NCBI RefSeq assembly: GCF_001194135.2
Contig: NC_068998.1
Coordinates: forward strand, 14,389,674 to 14,447,755
Origin: Octopus bimaculoides
Taxonomy: Eukaryota
Direction: 5' to 3'
DNA: 58,082 bases
Numbering within the stretch: the stretch's first letter is position 1; every line of letters starts with the position of its first letter. The position numbers were made by a program, and so were the translations under genes. This document shows, one piece after another, positions 10,686 through 22,278 of the stretch. A model generated the notes under the pieces. The model ran no database searches. It worked only from the letters and a program-made list of their open reading frames with translations, and was not told where the DNA came from.

Positions 10686-10885
10686 GCGAGCTGGCAGAAA
10701 CCGTAGCACACTAGACAATGTGCTTAGCGGTATGACGTTCGCTTTGTTGCATTGACTTCAAATCCCGTCCATGTCGATTCCCCATTTCATTCTTTCGAGA
10801 TCGATAGAATCGGTACCAGTCATGTTCTGGAGTAGATGTGATTAAGTAGCTCGTTCCCCCAAAATTTCAGATCTTGTGCTTATAG
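10686..10885 (+). mobile_element. SINE family B
   Basis: gcgagctggcagaaaccgtagcac..tgcttagcggt..tcgatagaatcggtaccagt..ccccaaaatttcagatcttgtgc. Confidence 0.8.
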
Positions 10886-10904
10886 TTAAAAGTACGCAAG
10901 CACA

Positions 10905-10943
<39 letters not shown>

Positions 10944-10961
10944 ACACACACACATATATAT

Positions 10962-12247
10962 AGGCGCATATCGCCAGGGGTTCCAAAAATATGCAACTAT
11001 ATGGTTGCCGTTTGGAACCCCGGAGATGGCGCGTAAGATCGCCAGTCAGCCCCTGGAGGGGGAAAAAATTTTGTTCCTCCCCTCTTATTGTGGGAGAAAA
11101 TGTAAGCGGGCGTTTGTCTGCGGGTTGCCACCGGGTTTAAAAGAGAGTTGGTTGGCCGAAACCATCCAAAGGGGACTTGGTGGCACCAGAAACACTAAAT
11201 TGTTAAATGTAAACTTGTTGCCATCTGCTGACTGGGTCGGGGCTAAGGCCATATAAACGTTGTGGACCCAGTTAGACGATGACAGTCTGGCCTTTCTAGA
11301 CTACTTGGCCATGGCAGGATCTAGATATCCTGTGATCCTTGAGGGACGTCCCTTCACAAGTGTCACGGATGCCTAGAGCCTGGCCATTTGAAAAAGGATT
11401 GTCGCCGGGACACGAAAGTGGCCCAGGAGCAGACACCCATTAAAAAATGTAGTCCTGCACGACAGGAAAAAAAATGAGGAGACGGTGGCCTCAACAGAAA
11501 GGAAAAAAGAGAAAGGTGGGCATTAATTGTAGCCCGCCGAAACCTCAAACAAATATGGAGTTGGAAGAGGGATTGAGTCCCCCGGGTAAACCGGAGGACT
11601 CTTCCTCTCCCACCGGAAAAAAGAAAAAAAAAGAAAAAGGTGCTAACGGATGTTGAACCACCGCCGGTGGGAATTGTGCCGCCGACGGTGGAAAAGTCTA
11701 TCTCTTTACCGGAGGAAGAAGAATTATCGGTCTTCTTCTACAGAGGGGGAGAGATAGAAAAGGAGTTAGAAAAATATCCTAAGGGAGCAACCATAGCCTG
11801 CATCCGGGTTCCCGAATGTCCTCCGCAGAAAGCTGTGGAGGCCTTAATGTGGGACACATTGCAGGAGCTATATGTCTTCAGAGAAACGTTTTACGTGATG
11901 CCGGGCGACGCCGACACGCCACTCAAGGAGTGCTTAGAGAGGGCGTGGGTGTTGGCGGGAATCGGACACACAAGTGATGAGGAGGGTTATGCATGAAAGG
12001 CGAAAAAGCCTCAGTGATAGACATCATGAACAATATGAACATTTGTGAGAGGCTTGTTGGCTCATATAAGAGAACAATGTTTTCGGGGATCAAGCAATCG
12101 GCGGGCGTTGCTGTTTCCCCCCATTTATTCATTATTATCACTTTCATTACACATACCATTATATTTTTGTCCAGCCCGCAGCTTCTTTCTTTTTTTCTTT
12201 TTCTTCTATGTAAGGCCGTCATGGCCAATAAAATGAAATAAAGAAGC
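10962..12247 (+). mobile_element. L1/Tx1-like ORF1 (gag-like, CCHC zinc knuckle) pseudogene, 5'-truncated, with 3' UTR and AATAAA tail
   Basis: Frame 1 runs through TAA at 11254 to YPVILEGRP; a 1-nt frameshift then gives CHGCLEPGHLKKDC (CX2CX4HX4C, 11361-11402); Lys/Pro/Glu-rich tail; stop at 11996; AATAAA at 12227. Confidence 0.75.
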
Positions 12248-12251
12248 TTCT

Positions 12252-12369
12252 TAAGCACATGGTTCTGGTTTCAGTGGCACCTCGAGCAAGTGTCTTTTAC
12301 TATAGCCTCGGGCCGACCCAAGTTTTGTGTGAGTGTATTTGGTAGATGGAAACTGAAAGAAGCCCGTCG

Positions 12370-12406
<37 letters not shown>

Positions 12407-12550
12407 ATATTTGTTCTCTGTTTGTCCCCACCACCCCACCATCGCTTGACAACCGATGTTAGTGTGTTTACGTCCCTGTAAGTTAGTGGTTCGGCAAAAA
12501 AGAGCGATAGACTAAGTACTAGGCTTACAAAGAATAAGTTCTGGGTCGAT
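12252..12550 (+). mobile_element. SINE family A, 5'- and 3'-truncated
   Basis: cacatggttc..gcaagtgtctt..tatagcctcgggccgacc..gaaactgaaagaagcccgtcg-(TA)n..taagtactaggcttacaaagaataag. Confidence 0.85.
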
Positions 12551-12782
<232 letters not shown>

Positions 12783-13087
12783 ACAGTTGCAACGTGGAAG
12801 GTGTTTATAAGCCATTTAAAAGCACACAAAAACCGTTAGATTCACTTTCCGTGCAGCACGGGATTATATATATATATGTATAATGTACTACACATTTCAT
12901 AGCCAAATCTGATGGTGGTGAACGTGAAATTCGAATAGCTTGATGTAAGACGACTGCTGTTATAATTAGAACAAACTTGGTGTTGGCATATACTACTATT
13001 TCAGCCTTCTTACTTGTATTTACAAAGGGACATCACTCAAATATACACACTCGCAAACTCACACGTATATATACACACCGAATGTAT

Positions 13088-13170
13088 TGTAGAAGACACT
13101 AGCCCTAGGTGCCCACGAAGCGGGTTGAACCCAGAAACATTGGATGCAAAACAAGCTTCTAAACCACAAA
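13088..13170 (-). mobile_element. SINE family A head fragment
   Basis: gtagaagacact..aggtgcccacg..gaacccagaaacat..aagcttctaaaccaca. Confidence 0.6.
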
Positions 13171-14663
13171 GCGTTAATTAATAATTCACATAACCCGATC
13201 TTGTGTAAAACACGCACTAAATTTTTTCGAGATCAGGTATGGACATTATTCTCAGTATCAATTCAAATGATATTCTTTTTGTTAAGATCTCAAGTATTTA
13301 ACGCTCATTATCCTCATAGCTAGGGAAATTTTCTTTTAATTGGTCTTAATTCTCAACATCATCGTATTATCAGCCAATGTGTCACTATTGAGGGTAATGA
13401 TATCTGAATTTTCTCGTTTAGGCATTCGTTTAACAATAGTTGGGGATCATACAATATAGAAAAAATAATAACGAGCCAACAAACCATAAAAAAATAATAA
13501 ATAAAAGGATTTTAATGTTGGATTATGAAGAGATTACAGGGGACAGGTGTCAACAGATTCAACCAATCACTGGAATCTTACGTGTAGCCATTTTGTCACT
13601 AGAACTCTCACTACTCTATATGGTATAGCTATTCAGGATCTGTGTAATCTTCATTTTTAGTTCCTTAGATAGACAGATAGACAGATAAGAAGGTATATAC
13701 AAATAAATACATGGATAAGTAAATAGGCAGATAAATAGATAGACAGATAAATAGATGTTAACAGATAGGTCAAAATAGGTAAGCAAGTTGATACGTAGAT
13801 ATATATATATATATATATATATGATAGATAGATAGGTAGGTAGATAGGTAGATAGATAGATAAATGAATAGATAGATAGATAAATAGATAGATAGAGGGA
13901 AGCAGAGAAGTAGACATACAAAAAGACGAATTCGGTTGTCGGCCGAGTCAATCGTGAAAATTGCTCCGCCACCTTCTCTTAACCGGGAAGGCAAGGCAGT
14001 TTTCATCGTACTGGTGGCCATGGTGAAAGAATGTGTGTGGTGGACTCGAGCGAAAGGTTTAGAGACAAACACTTTCCACTCTGACCAATCGCTCATCAAC
14101 TTTTTTTAAATACCACTTGAAAAAGAAGGTGAGAATAGAGAGGCAAGTTTTGTTCCATGAAAGCTTCAATANNNNNNNNNNNNNNNNNNNNNNNNNNNNN
14201 NNNNNNNNNNNNNNNNNNNNNNNNNNNNNNNNNNNNNNNNNNNNNNNNNNNNNNNNNNNNNNNNNNNNNNNNNNNNNNNNNNNNNNNNNNNNNNNNNNNN
14301 NNNNNNNNNNNNNNNNNNNNNNNNNNNNNNNNNNNNNNNNNNNNNNNNNNNNNNNNNNNNNNNNNNNNNNNNNNNNNNNNNNNNNNNNNNNNNNNNNNNN
14401 NNNATGTGTTTTCCCCTCCCTGCCTGAGGTTACCTTGTCTTTTACGTAGGCTTTTCTTTCCACGGGTAAACCTAATGTGTTTCTTACATTTTCTACTCTG
14501 TTCTATGATACACGATCCCTTTTGATCGTTTTTTTTACAGGATCCCTTTTGATCGGAATTTTTTCCTCCTTTTTTTTCTATTTTCTTTTTTCTTTTGAAA
14601 AGAAAAGCTCTACATTGTATTTTGTCCCTTCCGTGTTTGGCCCTGTGTGGCTAATAAAGAAAG

Positions 14664-14727
<64 letters not shown>

Positions 14728-14900
14728 GTAAATATCTATCCTTCTGTCTCTAGCTGGATAGCTCTATTTTTAAATTTACATCTCTACATATTATCTCTCT
14801 TAACTGCCCGCCTGCCTGCTCCTAGCCTATATCTCTTGGAATTTAGACACAACTACACTTATTAATGTTTCGTTGGTTAAGCATATTTGAAAGTTCTTAC

Positions 14901-15003
14901 TGAAAACTTGCTACATGTCCAGTTTGCTATGAACACCGATACAAGATTGTAACTGTCATTCATAGCAAAAATACTTCCCTGAGATCCTTCATCGAACTTG
15001 TTT
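14901..15003 (-). CDS. Candidate 103-nt exon, product unknown
   Basis: Acceptor gttgttgtacactag, donor gtaaga; phase 2-0 open: NKFDEGSQGSIFAMNDSYNLVSVFIANWTCSKFS. Confidence 0.2.
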
Positions 15004-15659
15004 CTAGTGTACAACAACGTATGTCCCCAAAATAGCATTAATATTTTCATAAATCCTATTCTGACTTCGGTTTCAGTACATTAATATCAAGTATTGATTG
15101 CTACACTTCAGCTTTCTCGCAAAGAATTATGTTTAGAGTCTAAGTCATGATAAGCGCTGTCGTTTTTGTTGTTTATCTCTGAGCTTTGATAGGAAAGACA
15201 TGATTAATAACATTCCAGTCTTGACTATCCTAAAGTATCTACAACTACTTTATCCCATATGTACTTACGCTTTAATAACGGTAGAGTGTGTGATTTGATG
15301 GATATTTAATCCTTGCTTCTTGTAGGTCAAGCGATAACGTGAAAAATTTGTTAGAAATCTATATACTATATTCTATGAAAGTATGAATGAGATACGCCTA
15401 CGAAGGATCATATGTGTGGTTAATTGACCTGCTAGACTAGCCAAATCTGTCAGAAATCACATTAAACAGTCTTAAATGAGGAAAGGACACATATTAGATA
15501 ATGTAGCCCGATTTACATTAAAAGGTCGAGGAGGTAGCAACTGGAATACTTAGGTCTGCTCGATCAAATCTGACCAGGGCTTAAGCAACAACAACAACAA
15601 ATTTGTATGACTCCAAGTGAAAATGAAAATCCAGATAACATTGTTTGTTTTAGATGAGT

Positions 15660-16030
15660 TATAATTAGAACTGAAATGGACGAAATGGTAGAACCTTTAG
15701 AGCGTCGTATAAAATATCTTACGGGAATAAATCCCATAAGATACACTGCGTTGCAATTTCAAATCTCACTGAAATCAAATTTGTTTTTCGTTCGTTTGAG
15801 AATTGATAACCAAAGAACTACACCGTTACTTCGATATTTTTCTCTGGATTGTACGGACATATGATCAGAATGCCCCAGGAAAAATTCGCAAGGGATGGAG
15901 GGGTAGATCAAGAATGAGAGGACCAGATAATATCAATAGTCTCAGTTGGTCGTGCTTGGGAATCCAGCCGTAAGTTGTAATGACTGATGTTTTCCGTATG
16001 GAAGCAGTGCCTGAAGGTTGTCCCGTGACG
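15660..16030 (+). mobile_element. RTE-like LINE 3' fragment, decayed
   Basis: GHMIRMPQEKFAR..RGRSRMRGPDNINSLSWSCLGIQP..VWKQCL resembles the RTE C-terminal GHV.RM..RGRPR.RW.D motif. Confidence 0.6.
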
Positions 16031-17139
16031 ACGTTTCGTGGAATAGTGGGCCAAGAAGACGTATGTGCTGGTTTTCAAATGTTCAATCTTAATCACAACG
16101 TATAACATTTAGAATGAAAATAACGTCAAGAGTAAACGTTTCTGTTAACCAACACAGACACCTGAAAGCCAAGATTGTAGTCATGTTATAGGACAATGAC
16201 CTTGGACTGAAGATCTGTGGTGTCTGCGCTCACGTTAAATGCACAGGGGAAAACGGCTATAGAATTTGCCGCCAGCTGATATGATTGTTATTCGAGTTAT
16301 TACATATGTATTGGCGCTCATGTTCTGTTAGGTGACAGCGTTTTGTCATAACCATTTATCCTCTGGAATTTGGCCTTCATCATAACAGTAGGATAGAGGA
16401 TTAGGTGATTTGGGTGGCCCGACGTTAAATTTAGAACATGTTCGGTTGAAATTAATTAGGACCGTAACTGACGATGGACAACAGATGTGAAAATATGGTG
16501 AAGATCAAAAGTTATGTTGACAACCTGTATTTAAATGTCGAAAATCCTAATACAACCTCTGTTATTATGAAACTGAAGATGCTTCATGAGTAAAATTTAC
16601 AAACTATTTGAAATATTCTGAAATTAGCGAAAAATGCTTACAAATTCAATCTGGTCAGAGCTGCACCACAGAGCTCCAGATTGTGATGAAAAATAACTTT
16701 CAAAATTAGACATTTTCCCGAATCATTTAACTATTAGATTGAAAGACATTTCTTTATGACTCTTTATGAAACGACTCTGCAAATCAAATGTCGCATCACT
16801 GTTAATGATGACAAACTATAGCAGAAAGCTAAAATTGCATATATCTATACTTTACTTGATAAAAGCATCTCAATTCATGTGCGGCAACATATACATTAAA
16901 ATATATATTAAAAAGAAAGAATGATGTTCAGCATATCACGAAAACAAATCCCGTCTATTTATATTTTGGAATAAATCTCTGTCTGGTAACAATTCCGCAG
17001 TGAGTTCGAAAAGATCGATTTCTCATAAGCATAAACCCGAAAAACTCAACGAAATANNNNNNNNNNNNNNNNNNNNNNNNNNNNNNNNNNNNNNNNNNNN
17101 NNNNNNNNNNNNNNNNNNNNNNNNNNNNNNNNACAAAAA

Positions 17140-17300
17140 ATAACAACAGACGAGGACAGGTGGTGTAAATAACAAAAGTATATATTAGTATGACGCTCGG
17201 GAATACGGAAAGTCTTTGACGTTTCGTGATACGCTCTTCAACAGAAAGAATACGGAGACAAGGAGAAAAACACGGAGAAAAAAAATTGAATAGTGTTCAG

Positions 17301-17305
<5 letters not shown>
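17140..17305 (-). mobile_element. Penelope-like repeat, paralogous to 50300-50470
   Basis: About 160 bp shared with 50300-50470 (cagacgaggacaggtggtgtaaa..gctcgggaatac.gaaagtcttt.acgtttcg..gctcttc.acagaaagaatacggaga..). Confidence 0.6.
17213..17249 (-). ncRNA. Minimal hammerhead-like motif, CUGUUGA core variant
   Basis: tcttt CTGTTGA a gag-cgtat-cac GAAAC GT C aaaga. Stem I 5 bp, GUC triplet, one stem II mismatch. Confidence 0.55.
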
Positions 17306-17347
<42 letters not shown>

Positions 17348-17368
17348 CATATATACATATACATATAT

Positions 17369-17409
<41 letters not shown>

Positions 17410-17638
17410 CATATATATATACATATACATATATTTATATACTTACATATACATATATGTATATATATACATATATACATGTATACATATATATACCTAT
17501 ATATATGTATATATACATATATATATATACATATATACATATATACATATATATACATATACACACATATATATGTATATATATATGTATATATATATAC
17601 ATATATCTGTACATATATATATATACATATACATATAC

Positions 17639-17670
<32 letters not shown>

Positions 17671-17714
17671 ATATATACATATATACATATATACACATAT
17701 ATATTTTTATACAT

Positions 17715-17746
<32 letters not shown>

Positions 17747-17760
17747 CTATATTTATATAC
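17300..17760. repeat. Long compound (CA)/(TA)/(TATACA) low-complexity tract
   Basis: Direct reading; source of the I/Y/H/T-rich ORFs. Confidence 0.95.
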
Positions 17761-18521
17761 GAGATATACGTTGAAGATAAAAATATAGAATGTATTGTTG
17801 CTTCTGCACAAGTAAATCTTCCATTCTGCTAGTGCACTCCTGTCAATAAATTGCTTGTGTTTTCCTTTTAACAAAACTGTTTTACTTCACGCTTAACTTC
17901 GTCAGAAACGATTGCATAAGAAATAAAGTGATTTAGAAAGTGTCAATTATATCATACCTGTCCTCTGAAGACAAAGATCGTTGGTTGCGTATCAAGGAAT
18001 ATTCAATAAACGCGTTTTCTATTTTACTATACGTAGAGAGCAAAACTGTCTGAAAAAGCACTTCAACTGAAATGAGGATTTGCATCCATGGGTGCAGTTA
18101 TTGCTGTGTTTTTAACATGTTCGTTCCCTAACACGTAATTCTGGGATCGTTTTAGACTAATGTGTTCTGATAAAATGTCAAGGTGACCAGTAACTTGGAA
18201 TGAAATTTCTTAAATAGAAACTGTACTAGTATCCATTTTAGACATCGGTACATATGCATATAGACACGCATGTATGTATGTATGTATGTATGTACGTATG
18301 TAATATGCATGTATGTATATATGCATGCATGTATGTATGCATGTATGTATGTATGCATGTATGTATGTATGTATGTATGTATGTATGTATGTATGTATGC
18401 ATGTATGTATGTATGTATTAATGAAGGAGTGAATGCATGTATGGTGCAAAAAGAACACACGAATACGAAGTAAAAAAAACAAGCAGAATATATTAGGTTG
18501 ACGCTCCGGCCAAACAAAAGG

Positions 18522-18559
18522 TCTTTTATGTTTCGAGCATATGCTCTCCTACGGAAGCA
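18522..18559 (-). ncRNA. Degenerate hammerhead-like motif in a related Penelope-like repeat (about 18470-18620)
   Basis: tgctt CCGTAGG a gagc-atat-gctc GAAAC AT A aaaga. Stem II is perfect; core and stem III are decayed. Confidence 0.35.
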
Positions 18560-19212
18560 ATAGACGGGGAGAGAGAAAAACAGACCGAGAAAAAAACAAA
18601 TGTGTTCAAATAGAAGGCTCCATATACTGAAATGTATGAATGTATGTATGTATATATATATATATNNNNNNNNNNNNNNNNNNNNNNNNNNNNNNNNNNN
18701 NNNNNNNNNNNNNNNNNNNNNNNNNNNNNNNNNNNNNNNNNNNNNNNNNNNNNNNNNNNNNNNNNNNNNNNNNNNNNNNNNNNNNNNNNNNNNNNNNNNN
18801 NNNNNNNNNNNNNNNNNNNNNNNNNNNNNNNNNNNNNNNNNNNNNNNNNNNNNNNNNNNNNNNNNNNNNNNNNNNNNNNNNNNNNNNNNNNNNNNNNNNN
18901 NNNNNNNNNNNNNNNNNNNNNNNNNNNNNNNNNNNNNNNNNNNNNNNNNNNNNNNNNNNNNNNNNNNNNNNNNNNNNNNNNNNNNNNNNNNNNNNNNNNN
19001 NNNNNNNNNNNNNNNNNNNNNNNNNNNNNNNNNNNNNNNNNNNNNNNNNNNNNNNNNNNNNNNNNNNNNNNNNNNNNNNNNNNNNNNNNNNNNNNNNNNN
19101 NACATGTACACATACATACATATGCGCATACATGCATAAATACACTCAGACATACATAAACAAATACATACATCCATACATTCATGCATATGTACAAACA
19201 CACACACATACG

Positions 19213-19345
19213 TAAGCCAATGCGTGGCTGTGTGATAAAAAATTTGCTTCGCAATCATATGGCTTCTGGCTCAACTCCACTGCGTAGCACCGCGATTGTG
19301 TTTTCTATTATAACCCTGGGTCGATCAAAGGTTTTTTCCAGTGGA
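19213..19345 (+). mobile_element. SINE family A head
   Basis: gcgtggctgtgtgataaaaaatttgcttcgcaatcatatgg..ctattataaccctgggtcgatcaaag. Confidence 0.7.
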
Positions 19346-19464
19346 TGCCAACCAAAACATCAACAACAGTGTACAAAAAAAAAAAAAAAGAAAAAGGAAA
19401 AAAATTCTTCATATTTAACCACATCAACGACTGCACAGACTGGACTGTTTAGTTCTACCTCGCT

Positions 19465-19990
19465 TTTGTGAACAACTTCAAATCATCCATGAACAGGAGG
19501 TGATTAAGCTTTCCTTTCCCTACTCCAACTACCTTCTACCTTGTCTTCTGCAGTATTTCACTCAAGGGAATCATTCCCAGCACAAAAATTAGTGGGGATA
19601 CCTTGTCCCACTGAAAGATTCCTCTCCTAATTTAAACTTCTCTTAACACGTAATTCTATGCTGTCAATTCAGTTCCCCAACATTTCATACTGCTCCATAT
19701 AAGGAATCACATTTTTTCTACTACTCCATACATTTTGATAGTTCTTCTTATCCAGAGTGTGATATCATATCGTATGCATTACGATAATCTATCTATACCA
19801 CGCTCAAATTTGTATGTCTTCTTTTGCAGTTTCTGATGATCTTTCGATGACCTTTCGATGACCTTTCGATGATCTTTCGATGACCTTTCTGTTTAATACG
19901 CAGCAGCCGAATTTTTTAACGTATCCATACAAATCTCCTCAAAAAGACCTGACGATAGTTTCCACATTAGCGTAAGACACGCAATTAATT
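19465..19990 (-). mobile_element. R4/Dong-clade reverse transcriptase fragment, pseudogene
   Basis: IACLTLMWKLSSG; CKRRHTNLSVV*IDYRNAYDMISHS; IRRGIFQWDKVSPLIFVLGMIPLS; KLNHLLFMDDLKL (YxDD-type motif FMDD). Confidence 0.85.
19835..19889. repeat. 11-bp minisatellite x5 (gatga(t/c)ctttc)
   Basis: Five head-to-tail units read directly. Confidence 0.95.
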
Positions 19991-20006
19991 GAAAGTCGGA
20001 TACAAG

Positions 20007-20372
20007 CTAGGCGTCGAGCTGGCATCGTTAAGCATGCCAAGCAAAATGTTTAATAGCATTTCGTCCGTCTTAACTGAGATTAAATTCCGCTATGGTCGAC
20101 TTTGCTTTTCATCCTTTCGGGGTTGATAACAGTAGCATCAGTTGAGCATTGGAGTTGATTTAATCAACTTGGCCATCCCCCAGAATGGCTGATCTTGTGC
20201 CAAAATATAGAATTATTATTATTATCAGGCGTCGAGCTGGTAGAATCGTTAGCACGTTGGGCAAAATACTTAGCGGCAATTCATCCGTCTTTACGTTATG
20301 AGTACAAATTTCGCAGTGGTCGACCTTGCTTTTCATCCTTTTGGGTTCGATAAAGTAGGTACCAGTGATACA
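20007..20372 (+). mobile_element. Two tandem SINE family B copies
   Basis: aggcgtcgagctgg..cgtta..gtcgac.ttgcttttcatcctt..ggg..gataa at 20007 and again at 20227. Confidence 0.8.
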
Positions 20373-20869
20373 CTGGGATGGAGGTATAAACACATACATG
20401 CATGCCTATATGTGTCAATTTGTGTGTGCGTGTGTGCGTGCGCGAGTGTATGTTTTTTAAAAATTTTCTCTGAAATAATATTTTCATACTATTAAAGTGA
20501 AATATACCACTTGGTAAAATTGGTTGACCGCTGATTCATATCCAGAAGTATGGAATATTTTTATTGACTCGTCCACACAACTGTTAGCAGTTATGCTTGT
20601 TAGTTACACCTAATTATTTTATGCATTGTCGTCACTCTATAAAGATATTACATCAGCAACACTGCATGGAGAAGTAACACTGCATTTTATAGAACTCACA
20701 ACCAATAAATAAGAATGAGATCGAACAAATATAAGCTGAATAACGTTGATTACAATTTTTCCTCAGATGAAAGGAACTGTGCTTTAGTCAATGGCAAATA
20801 TAAGCACCAAGATTGAGTAAAGTATAAAGTTTCTCAATGAATAATCATGCTAAAAGACATTCGGTTTTA

Positions 20870-21074
20870 AGTTTTGGCACAAGGCCAATAATGTTGAGGG
20901 TGGGAGAAATTCGATTACATCAACTCCAATGCTCAGCTGATATTTACCTTATCGACCTCGAAAGTATGAAAAGTAAAGTCAACCCTGGCGGAATTTGAAC
21001 TCGGAACGTAAACGGACGAGATACTGCCAAGCATTTTTCCCAGCGTGCTAACAATTCTGCCAGCTCACCGCCTT
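20870..21074 (-). mobile_element. SINE family B
   Basis: ggcacaaggcca..tcgattacatcaactcca..gtcaaccctggcggaatttgaactcggaacgt..gtgctaacaattctgccagctcaccgcc. Confidence 0.85.
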
Positions 21075-21149
21075 ATAGTTGAAAGATAATGAAGTGACGA
21101 TAAAATCTGCAAAAGTATTGAAAGAGCATAAAAACAAATTCTTTTGCAG

Positions 21150-21181
21150 ACAGCGTAGGTGCAAAATCACATACTGTATTG
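21150..21181 (+). CDS. Candidate 32-nt exon
   Basis: Acceptor aattcttttgcag, donor ttg/gtatgc; phase 2-1 reads QRRCKITYCI, phase 1-0 reads SVGAKSHTVL. Confidence 0.3.
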
Positions 21182-21382
21182 GTATGCAAAGCAGGCATTT
21201 GCAGTTAATTGCAAAATAGCTCCTATAATTGAAAGAGATGACTCTTCTACCAGCAATTGTCCAATGAAATTGTAATCATGAAATGGACTGATGTTTATAT
21301 AATAACCCATCACCGTCTATGCAAATTTCCAGACTAACTTATTATTTAATACTGCAAGCATACAGTGAAATTTAACATCAAC

Positions 21383-21432
<50 letters not shown>

Positions 21433-21481
21433 CATATATACACACACACACATGTGTGTGCGCGTATGAATGTATGTGTAC

Positions 21482-21551
<70 letters not shown>

Positions 21552-21614
21552 ACGCTCACATATATATATGTGTGTGTAGTTGGGCATAAATCATTTGGGT
21601 ATAAATATATGTAT

Positions 21615-21828
21615 ATATATGTTTGTGTGTCTGTGTTTGTCCCACCACCATCGCTTGACAACTGATGCGGGTGTATTTACGTCTCCGTAAGCTAGCGGTT
21701 TGACCTAAGAGACCGATAGAATAAGCACTAGGCTTACAAAAAATAGGTCATGGGGTCGATTTGTTTGACTAAAGGTGGTGCTCCAGCATGGCCGCAGTCA
21801 AATGATTGAAACGAGTAAAAGAGTAAGA
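21615..21828 (+). mobile_element. SINE family A 3' half
   Basis: catcgcttgacaactgatgc..actaggcttacaaaaa..gactaaaggtggtgctccagcatggccgcagtcaaatg. Confidence 0.85.
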
Positions 21829-22204
21829 CGACTTAAAATGCCATACAAACACCTCTTGGCTGTTACAATCCCTCAGAGTCTGAAAAGTAATTTCAACAAG
21901 CTCTATACATCAAATGACTATGCTGTAATGAGATTGTTAATACATCTCCTGCGTGCGGAGACACAACCGAATACCAGTTTTACCACCATATGAGAGGATA
22001 CTTGATTTGCTTCCTAGTTAAATAATAATAGACAGTCAAGTTGATTAATGCCAGAAAATCTTCAGATTGCTTACATAATTATAAACTATAGGTGTATTTT
22101 GTTTCGCCATGTACCACAAATGTCATGTAATTATTGATCAAAGTATTATAACCACGTTGCTTTGTGGAAAGATTTGGGAAATGGTTATATTACTTTTTTG
22201 GCAG

Positions 22205-22278
22205 GTCAAGAACGAAGGGGAAACAAGTGTTGGTGCTCTCTTTACCATGCCATTAATCCAGATTACACTGGCTATTAG
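22205..22278 (+). CDS. Candidate terminal coding exon with CWC motif
   Basis: Acceptor tattacttttttggcag; phase 1 reads GQERRGNKCWCSLYHAINPDYTGY*. Confidence 0.25.

Noticed and set aside
10201-10718. Long ORFs containing X runs (also near 14.1, 18.2-19.2, 28.1, 39.2, 51.2 and 53.6 kb)
   Set aside because: They only span N gaps and flanking microsatellites.
13920-14560. GC-richer block split by a gap, possibly another ORF1-like element
   Set aside because: No diagnostic motif recognised in any frame; only a 15-bp direct repeat (gatcccttttgatcg) near 14515-14555.
17226-17832. I/Y/H/T/C/V-rich ORFs up to 182 aa (also 12.3-12.9, 21.4, 45.3, 52.5 and 53.5 kb)
   Set aside because: Translations of (TA)n/(CA)n tracts, which lack stop codons.
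20769-20818. DERNC as the end of an LDL-receptor class A repeat
   Set aside because: Only five residues match, a stop follows 12 codons later, and no upstream LDLa cysteines were found.
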